From an uncultured virus (IMG/VR IMGVR_UViG_3300028416_000015) (lineage: Duplodnaviria > Heunggongvirae > Uroviricota > Caudoviricetes > Crassvirales): a DNA stretch of 64,000 nt. The notes under the pieces are model-generated. The model was not told where the DNA came from. It did no database searches and saw nothing but the letters and a program-made list of their open reading frames with translations. Location of the stretch: the IMG/VR virus record IMGVR_UViG_3300028416_000015. The stretch is one strand, 5' to 3'. Shown one piece after another: positions 49,864 to 59,555 of this stretch (positions within the stretch are counted from its first letter, which is position 1; each line of letters begins with the position of its first letter). Made by a program: the position numbers and the translations under genes.

Positions 49864-50236
49864 ACTCCTACATGGTTCATATCACAGCTCCTACGTCGGG
49901 ATACAGCGCTACGACTAGGAAACATATACTCCTACGGGGCGCACCACCTCTTTCGAACTTTTTTTTATTTTTCTATATATATATATATATTTTATTTTGA
50001 AATCTATTGAAAAAAGTAGGTTAGTGGTAGGAGTCATCGTCAAACCTAGATACAGTAAGGGCTAGAGTACAATATGTTCAGTTTGTGCACTGCTTAGGAG
50101 TTTCGGGATTTGTTACATTTGCGATTACATAAACCCTAGTGTTTATAGGGGGTCTTTACTCCTATTGGGTGCACATATCCTCAGCTGAGAGCGTAAAAAT
50201 ATGACTCCCTTCCTAGGAACTCTACACACTACTAGC
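49864..50236. repeat. iteron-like module, copy 2 (candidate origin)
   Basis: Same motif order and similar spacing as 43547-43944; (TA)n core. Confidence 0.7.
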
Positions 50237-50320
50237 GTTGCACCCCGAAAGGTACAAATAAATCAGTATTTTCTTGCATAGTTAAAAAAAAGGCGTTACA
50301 TTTGTCAAAAATTCAATATT

Positions 50321-51046
50321 ATGAGAGAAGGAAAATTTATGGGTCACAGAGTGACTAGCGACGGAAAAATCTTCGGAAAGCGTAATCCTAATGTTACACT
50401 TAAACCGTATTTGAGCCATGGGAAGTTGGCATTAAAGATCAACAGAGAGACACATTATTTGCATAGAATTGTTGCAGAGGTGTTCAATTTGAATGGTTTT
50501 AATAAGTATGACAAGAGTAAGGTTGTGTTATTTAACGATGGAGATTCTATGAACTGTTCTTTGGATAATTTATATGTTCAAGATTTAGAGGATAGGATGA
50601 ACGAGGTTAGACAGGAGATGGTTTTAGATATGGGTAGAGGTGTTAAGACTTCTATGTATTCTTATGTTTATGCTAAGAAGGATAAATGGGTTGGTAAGTA
50701 TAAGGGTAAATACTTAGGTACTTTTAAGAATGAGGATGATGCTTACTATGCTGTTGAGGAGCATAGGAGATCAGTTGATACAGTTCCAGTTCATAAGTTC
50801 GATGGTTTGTATAAGGTTAATAGGCTTGGTGACATTTTTAGTGTTAGGTATAATAAGGTGTTGTCTCAAGGTGCGCTTGATGGGTCTGTTTCACTTACTG
50901 ACAAGGATGGTAAGCGTACACGCAGGTCTATTGGGCTGTTGGTGTATAATTCGTTTAATAGGAAGAACCCAGCGAAGAGGGTAACACATATAGATGGTGA
51001 CCCGATGAATAATATGTTAGGTAATTTGAAGGGGGAGAAGGCATGA
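50321..51046 (+). CDS. degenerate tandem HNH/AP2-like protein
   Basis: LHRIVAEVF...DGD..N..LDNL, YLGTF..E.DA, VTHIDGDPMNN.L.NL. Confidence 0.65.
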   Translation: MREGKFMGHRVTSDGKIFGKRNPNVTLKPYLSHGKLALKINRETHYLHRIVAEVFNLNGFNKYDKSKVVLFNDGDSMNCSLDNLYVQDLEDRMNEVRQEMVLDMGRGVKTSMYSYVYAKKDKWVGKYKGKYLGTFKNEDDAYYAVEEHRRSVDTVPVHKFDGLYKVNRLGDIFSVRYNKVLSQGALDGSVSLTDKDGKRTRRSIGLLVYNSFNRKNPAKRVTHIDGDPMNNMLGNLKGEKA

Positions 51047-51171
51047 GTAAATTAATTATAATAATAGCTTGTATATTATTTCTGACAGGATGTGTATCTT
51101 CGTCAGAGATATATGATGGCTACAGTAGAGGTGGTCATCCATTGGGTAAAAGTAAATATAAGGGGAAATGA
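51043..51171 (+). CDS. 42-aa lipoprotein (not in ORF track)
   Basis: MSKLIIIIACILFLTGC lipobox; ATGA overlaps on both sides. Confidence 0.6.
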   Translation: MSKLIIIIACILFLTGCVSSSEIYDGYSRGGHPLGKSKYKGK

Positions 51172-51347
51172 GAGAACAAGAACTACAGGAAGAGATAGAA
51201 AGACTTAGAGCTACATTAAAAGGCGATATATTTGCCGATGGAGAGACTATGCAGAAGATCTATGAGATTAAGAAGATGTTGAATCCAGCTATCGTTGAGC
51301 GTCCAGAATTGGATGAAGATGATGAGTGTCTTAGTTGTGGTGCGTAA
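51168..51347 (+). CDS. 59-aa protein with C-terminal CxxC (not in ORF track)
   Basis: MREQELQEEIERL...DEDDECLSCGA*. Confidence 0.6.
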   Translation: MREQELQEEIERLRATLKGDIFADGETMQKIYEIKKMLNPAIVERPELDEDDECLSCGA

Positions 51348-51625
51348 TGTTTGGAGTATTAAGAGCACCAAAAGAGAAGCTCACTAAGGCTGTATATCAG
51401 AAGAAGAAGATGACTTATGAGGATGCTGTTATGTACTACAATCCACAATGGATTGAGCGTAAGGCACTTAAGTATTTAAAAAAGAATCACAGACGACTTA
51501 TGAGTATGGATGACTTCTTGGACGAGCTGTATGAGCAGTTTAAGCATAGGATAGTAAATTTACCTATGTATAAGAATAAGAATGGTAATGGCTATGTAGG
51601 TCAAGTTTATAAAGAGAGAGTATGA
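51347..51625 (+). CDS. hypothetical protein
   Basis: Start MFGVLRAP coupled by a TAATG overlap. Confidence 0.55.
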   Translation: MFGVLRAPKEKLTKAVYQKKKMTYEDAVMYYNPQWIERKALKYLKKNHRRLMSMDDFLDELYEQFKHRIVNLPMYKNKNGNGYVGQVYKERV

Positions 51626-51773
51626 TAAGATTTTTGGTTACATATAAGAGAGTTCACAATTTCGAGATTACTACAGAACCTTTAACTGTTGTGGAGAAGA
51701 ACTTGTTTGAAAGAGAGTTGTTGAAGGATAGTAACGTTGAGTATGCTTACTCGACACAAATACAGATAATAAA

Positions 51774-51968
51774 ATGATAAATAAGATAGGATTGGTATTT
51801 GGGGTTGTTCTTATGATAGTATTTTACTACATAACGTTCAACCCTCAGATATTAGACGTAGAGACAGAGTTTGATCGCTTGTACAGGATAATAGGTACAT
51901 TTGTAGCTAGTCATGGTTTTTTTGGTGCATATTTATGGATAAATTATAAGGAATGGAGAGGATATTAA
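51774..51968 (+). CDS. small membrane protein
   Basis: Two hydrophobic segments. Confidence 0.6.
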   Translation: MINKIGLVFGVVLMIVFYYITFNPQILDVETEFDRLYRIIGTFVASHGFFGAYLWINYKEWRGY

Positions 51969-52327
51969 TAAATAACGAGTGGTACGTAAAGGAATCTAGT
52001 CAAGCACCTAAAGAAGATATTAAGGTTGACTTTATGTTTAGTAACTCATGCATTGTAGAGACAGATAAGTTCTGTTTTGAAGCTACTAGATGTATGAAAG
52101 ATGGTAATGTAGAGTATTATCCAGACATATCTATAGATGTTACAAAAAAAGAAGGTGATAGAAAGGATTGGGGCAAAGAATATTGGGATGGTAATGAATG
52201 GATGAGAGGCGTGTTAAATGGAGACACTAAATGTTTAGCAGGTCTAGCAGAATATGTAACAGACGCTTACAATCAGAAGGTGTTTATGAAATTATTAAAG
52301 AAACTAGGTGAAATAGGTTGGTTATGA
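51953..52327 (+). CDS. hypothetical protein
   Basis: ORF track. Confidence 0.65.
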   Translation: MERILINNEWYVKESSQAPKEDIKVDFMFSNSCIVETDKFCFEATRCMKDGNVEYYPDISIDVTKKEGDRKDWGKEYWDGNEWMRGVLNGDTKCLAGLAEYVTDAYNQKVFMKLLKKLGEIGWL

Positions 52328-52719
52328 TAGTATTAGGTGTAATTTTAGTAGGATTAGCAGGATTTTTTAAAGCTGTGATGGATAAACTTCAGTTCCATTG
52401 GCATAGATCTGTGTTTGCTGTGAATCCTGTTCGTTATAGGGAGTTGTTTTGGAATCCATCTATCAGCTGGATAAACAAGTATGAGCCAGGGACTAACTAT
52501 AAGGAAGAAAGGTTTAAATTCTCAACAACATTGTTAGTATTTTTAACAGATGCTTGGCATTTGGCACAAATGAGTATGACGTTATTGCTTTTTGTTGGTA
52601 TTGGTATGATAGGCTATATGTCTGATAGCTTTTTACAGTTATTATTGTTCGTATCTTTGGCTAGAATACTATACGGAGTTACATTTGAGTTGAGTTTTAA
52701 ATATTTATTAGAAGCATAA
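52318..52719 (+). CDS. membrane protein
   Basis: Hydrophobic segments; W.NKY and TDAWH motifs. Confidence 0.7.
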   Translation: MVMIVLGVILVGLAGFFKAVMDKLQFHWHRSVFAVNPVRYRELFWNPSISWINKYEPGTNYKEERFKFSTTLLVFLTDAWHLAQMSMTLLLFVGIGMIGYMSDSFLQLLLFVSLARILYGVTFELSFKYLLEA

Positions 52720-52852
52720 TGGTTAGATTTGTTGATAAGTTCGCTACTACTAGTTGTTTGACTCTAGGGAATTATTATATAGTAGACCGTGTTGAAGGAA
52801 ATTACTATAGATTAGTAAACGTAAAGTATAAATATCCAAAATATTATTTCGA

Positions 52853-53164
52853 ATGAAGGTAAAAGTAAAATGCATCGATGATAGTATAAAGCCAGAATTC
52901 ATTATAGAAACAGTAAAGTATTTTAAAAATTGGCTCGTGAAGGGCGAGATATACACTGTTTATGATGTTGTAAATAACGATGGCATAGTGGAGGGGTATT
53001 TATTGGAAGAGCTAGAGAACGAGCCAGTGTATCAAAAGTTATTAGGTAAGGAACAAGAACCCGCATTCAGAACTGATCGGTTTGAAGTCGTATCTTACGA
53101 AGAAGAAGAAGAGGAGGAAGAAAGTGAAGAAGTTGAGCATCTTTTTGAAGTATTTTTGAATTAA
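52853..53164 (+). CDS. hypothetical protein
   Basis: KCIDD...L.KG..YTV...F..DRF; acidic tail. Confidence 0.7.
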   Translation: MKVKVKCIDDSIKPEFIIETVKYFKNWLVKGEIYTVYDVVNNDGIVEGYLLEELENEPVYQKLLGKEQEPAFRTDRFEVVSYEEEEEEEESEEVEHLFEVFLN

Positions 53165-53180
53165 ATTAAAAAATAATTAC

Positions 53181-53280
53181 TATCTTTGTAACCGTTGAGT
53201 CGTACCAACATTTATGAAATTATTTAAAATCCCAGCAATGATAGGAAGTACGACCCTTGATTTGTTGGGTTTTTTATTAT
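53181..53280 (+). ncRNA. kissing-loop structured leader RNA, copy A
   Basis: Loop AGTCGTAC pairs with GTACGAC in the second hairpin loop. Confidence 0.6.
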
Positions 53281-53947
53281 ATGGAAATATTTAAAGACAT
53301 ACCTGGTTATGAGGGTATTTATCAAGTTAGTGATTTAGGTAGAGTTAAGAGCCTTAAGTTTAACAAAGAAAAAATATTAAAGCCAGGAGTAAATAATCAT
53401 GGTTATTATACTGTAGTATTATGCAAAGGAAAACGAAAAACTATTAATGTACATCAATTGGTAGCTATGGCTTTTTTAAATCATGAGCCTTGTGGTTATA
53501 ATGGATTAATAGTAGATCACAAAGATAATAATCCTTTAAACAATAGATTATCTAATCTACAACTAATAAGTCAAAGAGAAAACACAAGTAAAGATAAAAA
53601 AGGATCATCTAAATACACTGGAGTTAGTTGGAATAACCCATAATAGTAAATGGGTTTCATCAATAGTAATAAACGGTAAATTAAAATACCTAGGTTATTT
53701 TGATTTAGAAGAAGAGGCAGGTAAATATTATCAAGATGCGTTAAAATCTATAGAGGAAGGAAGTGAAATAATAGTTAAAGAACCTAAAACATCTTCTAAG
53801 TACAATGGTGTTTGTTGGGATAAAAGAGCTAATAAATGGAGATCTGTTATAAAAATAAACGGAAAACAAAAACACTTAGGTAGTTTCAACTGTGAACTAG
53901 CAGCATCTGCTGCATATCAAAAAAAACTAGCCGAAATAAGTAAATAA
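53281..53947 (+). pseudogene. frameshifted NUMOD4-HNH-AP2x2 paralog
   Basis: Stops at 53643, but homology to 44204..44875 continues in the +1 frame (HNSKWVSSIVINGKLKYLGYFDLEEEA...) to TAA at 53947. Confidence 0.75.
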
Positions 53948-53987
53948 ATAAATAAATTGATTATCTTTATAAAAAATTTAATAGAAA

Positions 53988-55472
53988 ATGGACAAAAAAT
54001 TAGAAAAAATGGTCGTTTTTGATAAGAAAGACTTATTAGAAGGAGTTGAGACTTTAAGAAACGCAGTTGAAGTAACATTAGGACCTAAAGGGGAGTACGT
54101 TCTGCTGCAATCGCCACTCTATGTTGGCGGTAAGGCTTACACTAAGGACGGCGTAAGTGTTGCTAAGGCGGTTATCTTAGACAATAAGATTCAAGATCTT
54201 GGTATTCAAACGGTTAGAGAGGCTGCTCTTAAGACAGCTGAGGAGTCTGGTGACGGAACTAGTAATACAATCATCGTGGCTTCATCGTTGGTTGAGGCAG
54301 CAGATGACTTTATTGATGAGAGTCATAACAAGAATGAGGTTATTCGTGACATGAATGCGATAGCCAAAGAGGTTGAGAAGTATTTATTGAAGAAATCTAA
54401 GAAGTGTAATAACTTGACTTTGCGTAAAGTCGCTGAGATAGCAGGTAATGGCGATAAATCTACAGCTAAAATGGTTGCTGACTTGTATAAGAATACAGAG
54501 CAGATAATTTTAGAGAGAGGTAAAAAGTCTAGTACTTATTCAGAGGTTATTGATGGTTTAGTTATTGACCGTGGTTTTACGTCTAAGTTCTTTGTTAATA
54601 ATCAGAAGAGACAAGAGTGCGTTTTAGAGGACGCTTTAATCTTATTCACTGATACAGAGATAGATAACACTCAGTCTATTGAGCATGTATTAAAATATGT
54701 TGTTAAGGAGGATATTCCTTTACTTATCGTAGGTAATTTAACAGCTCCTGCATTGGCTACAATGAACTTGAACGTTCAGAAGGGGAATATTAAGTTTGCT
54801 AATATAATTCCACCTAGTATGGGTTATCAGAAGGAATTACTTATGACAGACTTAGCTGCTATGAGTGGTGGTATCTTCTATAGTGAGATGAGTGGTGATA
54901 ATCTTAGAGATGTTACTTTAGAAGGTCTAGGTAAAGCCTCTAAGGTTGTTGTAGGTAAAGATAAGACTATTATTATACCAAAAGAAGAGAATACAAGCTA
55001 TTTAAACGAAATCAAAGGTTCTGAACAGACAGACTTCTTAAAAGAGCGTATAAGTAAGATTTCTGGAAACTTATCTACTATATATGTAGGAGCTAAAACT
55101 GAGTCAGAGACTAATGAGTTGTATGACAGAATAGAAGATGTTATCTTGAGTTGTAAATCAGCTATCGAGCAAGGTGTATTACCTGGTGGAGGTGTAGCGT
55201 TAAAGGATGCGTTCTTGAATTGTGATATTGAAGCTAGTGATGTAGCTTATAAGATAATGAGACAAGGGTTATTCACACCTATACAAACATTATCTGGATA
55301 TAAGCCTGTGAATACGGAGAGAGGGATAGGTTATGACGCAAGAACTGGAGAAGAATGTGATGTAGCTAAGAAAGGGATTTATGATCCAACTAAAGTTACA
55401 ATATCAGTTCTTCAGAACTCTATGTCTGTAGCAACAACAATTATTAACACAAAAACTATTGTCTTACAATGA
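53988..55472 (+). CDS. groEL: phage chaperonin GroEL-like
   Basis: TLGPKG, TKDGVSVAK, GDGT, IDRGF.S.FF, GVLPGGGVAL, GIYDP.KV. Confidence 0.95.
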   Translation: MDKKLEKMVVFDKKDLLEGVETLRNAVEVTLGPKGEYVLLQSPLYVGGKAYTKDGVSVAKAVILDNKIQDLGIQTVREAALKTAEESGDGTSNTIIVASSLVEAADDFIDESHNKNEVIRDMNAIAKEVEKYLLKKSKKCNNLTLRKVAEIAGNGDKSTAKMVADLYKNTEQIILERGKKSSTYSEVIDGLVIDRGFTSKFFVNNQKRQECVLEDALILFTDTEIDNTQSIEHVLKYVVKEDIPLLIVGNLTAPALATMNLNVQKGNIKFANIIPPSMGYQKELLMTDLAAMSGGIFYSEMSGDNLRDVTLEGLGKASKVVVGKDKTIIIPKEENTSYLNEIKGSEQTDFLKERISKISGNLSTIYVGAKTESETNELYDRIEDVILSCKSAIEQGVLPGGGVALKDAFLNCDIEASDVAYKIMRQGLFTPIQTLSGYKPVNTERGIGYDARTGEECDVAKKGIYDPTKVTISVLQNSMSVATTIINTKTIVLQ

Positions 55473-55744
55473 AAGCATTAGGACACTATATATTAATAAA
55501 GCCAATAGAGAAAACTAAGGAGACCAATAAAAAGACAGGTCTCCTTCTAACCTCTACATCAGCAGAGAATGAGCGTTACCAAGAAGGTATCGTTCAACTT
55601 GTTGGAAATCAGATAGATACTATAAAAGAAGGTCAAAAAATCTCCTTCGACAAAGTCTCAGGTCATTATATCAAGATAGATGATGAGCATCTAATGATTA
55701 TAACTTTTCGAGACGTTGTTCTAGTTTTTGATGAGGAGGAATAG
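55469..55744 (+). CDS. groES: co-chaperonin GroES-like
   Basis: MKALG..ILIKP...GLLL...G.V..VG; ATGA-coupled to groEL. Confidence 0.85.
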   Translation: MKALGHYILIKPIEKTKETNKKTGLLLTSTSAENERYQEGIVQLVGNQIDTIKEGQKISFDKVSGHYIKIDDEHLMIITFRDVVLVFDEEE

Positions 55745-56210
55745 CAGCATCTATTTCTCTATTAACTGAATTGACTGCAGCTACCAGACCATTATTTTCA
55801 TAACCTGTTAGCTGCATTCTTTTTTCTCCTTTGAATAGTTCATAAGTATGCTTAACTATGTTCTTTCCTTTAAGAGTCATGTGATAAAGGTCTCTTCTCA
55901 TACCATCTTTCTTTTTACCAGCCCACAAACATATTAACCCTCTGTCTAACAGGTATTCTAACGATCCGTTACCACTAGCGTTCATTCTATAGGTTCTTAT
56001 TATGTCTGACTTACCGAAAATATGTTCTGTATATAGGTAGAACAGCACATCTAGGTCTGCCTTTTTTATTTGGTATTTATTTGATACAAACCTTATGATA
56101 ATCTTATGGTATTTCATAAAGTCGTTAGTTGGGTTTGTGTATCCGTAATTCTTGTATCTTACTTTTTTCTTTCTTTTAGTGTGTACAGGTATGTAATATC
56201 TATCGCTCAT
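55698..56210 (-). CDS. winged-helix (MarR-like) protein, antisense to the local operon
   Basis: LD.LFYL...L..LL.RGLI...LY..T.KGK; own TATCTTTG box at 56243-56250; start MSDRYY. Confidence 0.6.
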   Translation of the reverse strand: MSDRYYIPVHTKRKKKVRYKNYGYTNPTNDFMKYHKIIIRFVSNKYQIKKADLDVLFYLYTEHIFGKSDIIRTYRMNASGNGSLEYLLDRGLICLWAGKKKDGMRRDLYHMTLKGKNIVKHTYELFKGEKRMQLTGYENNGLVAAVNSVNREIDAAIPPHQKLEQRLEKL

Positions 56211-56250
56211 ATTTTTAGTATATTTGTATTTAATTTTTTTTACAAAGATA

Positions 56251-57561
56251 ATGATATTTGCTCGACCTTTAAAATATGTATTAGGTAGAATTGTCCCTTT
56301 TGGGCAGTTTGAGACTATTAATCCTATTAATTTAGGTACAGGTGAAGCAGATAGTAATAAATTTTTGAATGGAGATGGGCTTTGGGCTAATATAACTGGG
56401 GGAGATATTAATATTGACGATTTTGTTTTTGTATCTGCAAAATCTGATTTGCCTACACCAGTATCAAACGTAATAACCTTAGCAGACAACGTAACTTATT
56501 ACTTCACTACAACAGTAGATTTATTAGGAGATAGATTAGTAGGTGGGGAGAACACAGTTATACTTGGTGCTTCTTCTGAAAATAGTAGAATTAAATCAAC
56601 TGGGTTAGGTGTTGGAGTAGCTTTATTCACTACTGAATGGACAACACCAATAAGACACGTAACTTTTCAAGATGTAGATACTGCTTTAGACATAGATGGA
56701 AGTGTTAATCCTCCATTAGCTTTAGATTGGACAGGAGTAAACTTTCTAAACGTGCCTAATATAGGTAAAATTGACACTGCTGATAACTGGATATATTCTA
56801 AAGGTGCATTTCTTAATAGTCAAAATTTGCAATTTGATGGAAGTCATGGGACAATAGGAATAGACAATAGTATTTTTGTTGGTAGTGGCTCGGCTGGAAA
56901 TATATTAGATGTACTTTCGACTTGTACAATTACAAGAAGATTTAGGTTAATTTATAGTTCTGTTGTGGCTTTCGGCTCTAGTGTGGGTATAAATGTTGAT
57001 GTAAGTGCAACTATACCAACAGAGGGTTATATTTTAGATACAATAAACTTTAGTGGTGGTGGTACTTATTTAAGTGGTGTTGATTATACCGATAATAAAA
57101 CACGTTTTGTTAACTCTAAAGGTATTGATAATACTGCTGAGATAGGTAACTATTTTATGACAAATAATGCTACTACAACAACTATTTCAACAGTAGATAC
57201 ACCTGTTAAAGCATTAGGTACAACAACTGCAAACGCTATAAATCAAAAATTCACTCATACAGATAATAGACTTACTTATGTAGGTGCTTTAATTCGTGAT
57301 TTTCAAGTTACTGCTACTATATCCTTAACAAGTGGTAATAATAAGGTTATAGGTGTTTATGTAGCTAAGAATGGTACAGTAATAACATCAAGTGAAATGT
57401 ATTCAACAACTTCGGGAAGTGGTCGTGCTGAATCCGTTACTTGCCAAACTATCTTAGAATTAAACGAAAATGATTATGTTGAAATTTGGGTAGAAAATTC
57501 AAGTAATACAGATGATGTGACAGTTGAGTATTTGAACGTAATATGTAAATCTTTAAATTAA
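56251..57561 (+). CDS. tail fiber/spike-like protein with C1q/TNF-like C-terminus
   Basis: KFLNGDG.W repeat, beta-helix-like middle region, LEL.ENDYVEIWVEN. Confidence 0.6.
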   Translation: MIFARPLKYVLGRIVPFGQFETINPINLGTGEADSNKFLNGDGLWANITGGDINIDDFVFVSAKSDLPTPVSNVITLADNVTYYFTTTVDLLGDRLVGGENTVILGASSENSRIKSTGLGVGVALFTTEWTTPIRHVTFQDVDTALDIDGSVNPPLALDWTGVNFLNVPNIGKIDTADNWIYSKGAFLNSQNLQFDGSHGTIGIDNSIFVGSGSAGNILDVLSTCTITRRFRLIYSSVVAFGSSVGINVDVSATIPTEGYILDTINFSGGGTYLSGVDYTDNKTRFVNSKGIDNTAEIGNYFMTNNATTTTISTVDTPVKALGTTTANAINQKFTHTDNRLTYVGALIRDFQVTATISLTSGNNKVIGVYVAKNGTVITSSEMYSTTSGSGRAESVTCQTILELNENDYVEIWVENSSNTDDVTVEYLNVICKSLN

Positions 57562-57564
57562 ATA

Positions 57565-57741
57565 ATGATACAAGTAACAAGTAAGCAAAAAGGGCTCGGA
57601 GATACTATCGAGTACATTACCGAGAAGACAGGTATAAAATATGCTGTAGAAATGGCTACTAAGGCTGTAGGTATAAAAGATTGTGGGTGTAATAAAAGAA
57701 AAGATATACTTAATAAATATGTGAATTATGGGAGAAAGTAA
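57565..57741 (+). CDS. 58-aa small phage protein (not in ORF track)
   Basis: KGLGDTIE.IT..TGIK...DCGC.KRK..LN. Confidence 0.65.
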   Translation: MIQVTSKQKGLGDTIEYITEKTGIKYAVEMATKAVGIKDCGCNKRKDILNKYVNYGRK

Positions 57742-57988
57742 GTCAAGTAAATATTACGCATCTAATCCAGCAGCGAAAGCAAAAAAGAACGCTTACCAAA
57801 AGGAATATAACAAAACAACAGCTGCTAAGAAACACAGAGCTGAATGTAATAAAGGTAGAAAGAAGTTAGGATTAAAGAAAGGTGATAAGAGAGATGCTAG
57901 TCATACAAAGTCAGGTAAAATGGTAGCAGAAAAGAGGTCTACTAATAGAGCTAGGCAAGGAGCTGGAGGCAAAAGAAAATTGAAATAA
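57728..57988 (+). CDS. small basic protein
   Basis: GD.RD.SH...NRAR (HNH-remnant-like). Confidence 0.6.
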   Translation: MGESKSSKYYASNPAAKAKKNAYQKEYNKTTAAKKHRAECNKGRKKLGLKKGDKRDASHTKSGKMVAEKRSTNRARQGAGGKRKLK

Positions 57989-58023
57989 ATTCGTAACTTT
58001 GTATCACTTAAAAAATTACAGAA

Positions 58024-58377
58024 ATGGTAAAACAGAAACAAAGATATATACCTAAAGTTAACAATGTAGATGTTACAGGGTGGAACGCTGCAACGGACTT
58101 CACTACTGACTTTATAGAGTTCCCAGAGTCAACACAGTGGCTTTTAGATGTTCAAGATTGGGCGAGTGTAACAGCTGGAACACCAGTACTTAGCATTTTG
58201 GTAAGTAATGAGCAAGATGGAGAATATAAGAACTATAGTGCGTTAGCTTCATCTATTGACTTAACTGTTGCTAACAATAGGGTAATATATGATGAGATTT
58301 TCTCTAGTAGATATATGAAGATTCAATATACTTCAGGTGGATCTACAGGTACGTTTGATTTAATACTTAGTAAATAA
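58024..58377 (+). CDS. small beta-sandwich virion protein
   Basis: RY.KI.YT.G..TGT C-terminus; promoter box at 57994. Confidence 0.6.
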   Translation: MVKQKQRYIPKVNNVDVTGWNAATDFTTDFIEFPESTQWLLDVQDWASVTAGTPVLSILVSNEQDGEYKNYSALASSIDLTVANNRVIYDEIFSSRYMKIQYTSGGSTGTFDLILSK

Positions 58378-59555
58378 TGGATTTAAGGAAACAGAATGAC
58401 ATAGTAACTCCTAGTGAGATAGTAAATTTTGACCAAGACACTCCTACAACTGGAGGTGTTGTTTTTGATCCTAATACTCCAGCTACAACAGATGTTTTAT
58501 ATGTATCTAGTACTAATGCTAGTACTTGGATATATAACGGTTCATCTTACGTTACTTATGATGTACCTAAAGTTCAGTCTACACCATTTTTTCTTTATGG
58601 TACAGATATAGATGCTGGAGGAAATAAAACAGCCTTTATACAGCGTAATGGTCCTATATTTATTAATTCAGGTGCAGCTAACGGTAGTAGGTACGCTGGA
58701 TATATTTACAGCAGAACAACATCTGGAGTAAGTAATGGGCTTGTAGTAAAAAAGGATTTAAGAACTACGTCTGGTAATTATTTACTTTTACAAGGTCAGA
58801 ATTTTTCTACAGGTGCTACAGAGGACAAGTTTAAAGTAGATCACGATGGTAAGACATCATCTTACGGTACTCATCAACCTAATATTCAATCAGTAGTTTC
58901 TTCGGCAACAGTAACACCAAACGCAGATACGGATGATGAAGTAGTAATTACAGCACAAGCAGAAGCCTTGACTATTGCTAATCCTAGTGGTACACCAACT
59001 GATGGTCAAGCTATGTTTATAAGGATTTATGACGATGGTACAGCTAGAGGTATTACATGGGGAGTTAATTACGCAGGAACAGGTTTACCGACAACAACAG
59101 TAGTTGGAACAAGCATCTACGTTCCGATAGTGTATAATTCATCTACAAGCAAATGGGATAATATAGACCAAACAGGGGTAGTTAATTCTATTCCAGTATC
59201 TATTCAGTTAGCTATTTCAGATGAAACCACAGCACTAACAACAGGCACATCTAAATTGACTTTTAGAATGCCTCATGCTATGACTTTAACAGAGGTAAGA
59301 GCGAGTTTAACAGGAGCAGGTTCTACAAGTGGAACTACTACTTTTGATATAAATGAGGGTGGAGTGAGTGTTCTTTCAACTAAGTTGACTATTGATTTTG
59401 GAGATACTACTTCGGTTGGAGCTACAACTCCTGCTGTAATTTCAGATAGTGATTTAGCAGATGATTCTGTTATAACGATAGATATTGATGCTGTTACAGG
59501 TGGAGCAGATGAAACAGGTGGTAAAATAACATTAATAGGAACTAGGTTGTTATGA
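58377..59555 (+). CDS. multi-domain tail fiber adaptor
   Basis: Thr/Gly-rich beta domains LTIANPSGTP..GQ and SDETTALTTGT..FRMP. Confidence 0.6.
   Translation: MDLRKQNDIVTPSEIVNFDQDTPTTGGVVFDPNTPATTDVLYVSSTNASTWIYNGSSYVTYDVPKVQSTPFFLYGTDIDAGGNKTAFIQRNGPIFINSGAANGSRYAGYIYSRTTSGVSNGLVVKKDLRTTSGNYLLLQGQNFSTGATEDKFKVDHDGKTSSYGTHQPNIQSVVSSATVTPNADTDDEVVITAQAEALTIANPSGTPTDGQAMFIRIYDDGTARGITWGVNYAGTGLPTTTVVGTSIYVPIVYNSSTSKWDNIDQTGVVNSIPVSIQLAISDETTALTTGTSKLTFRMPHAMTLTEVRASLTGAGSTSGTTTFDINEGGVSVLSTKLTIDFGDTTSVGATTPAVISDSDLADDSVITIDIDAVTGGADETGGKITLIGTRLL

Noticed and set aside
48600..50320. tRNA genes, or the 49354..49566 ORF
   Set aside because: No cloverleaf or T-loop consensus was seen; the ORF lies over low-complexity repeats
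41010..53947. HNH genes as group I intron ORFs
   Set aside because: They are free-standing with their own promoters and do not interrupt a recognisable gene
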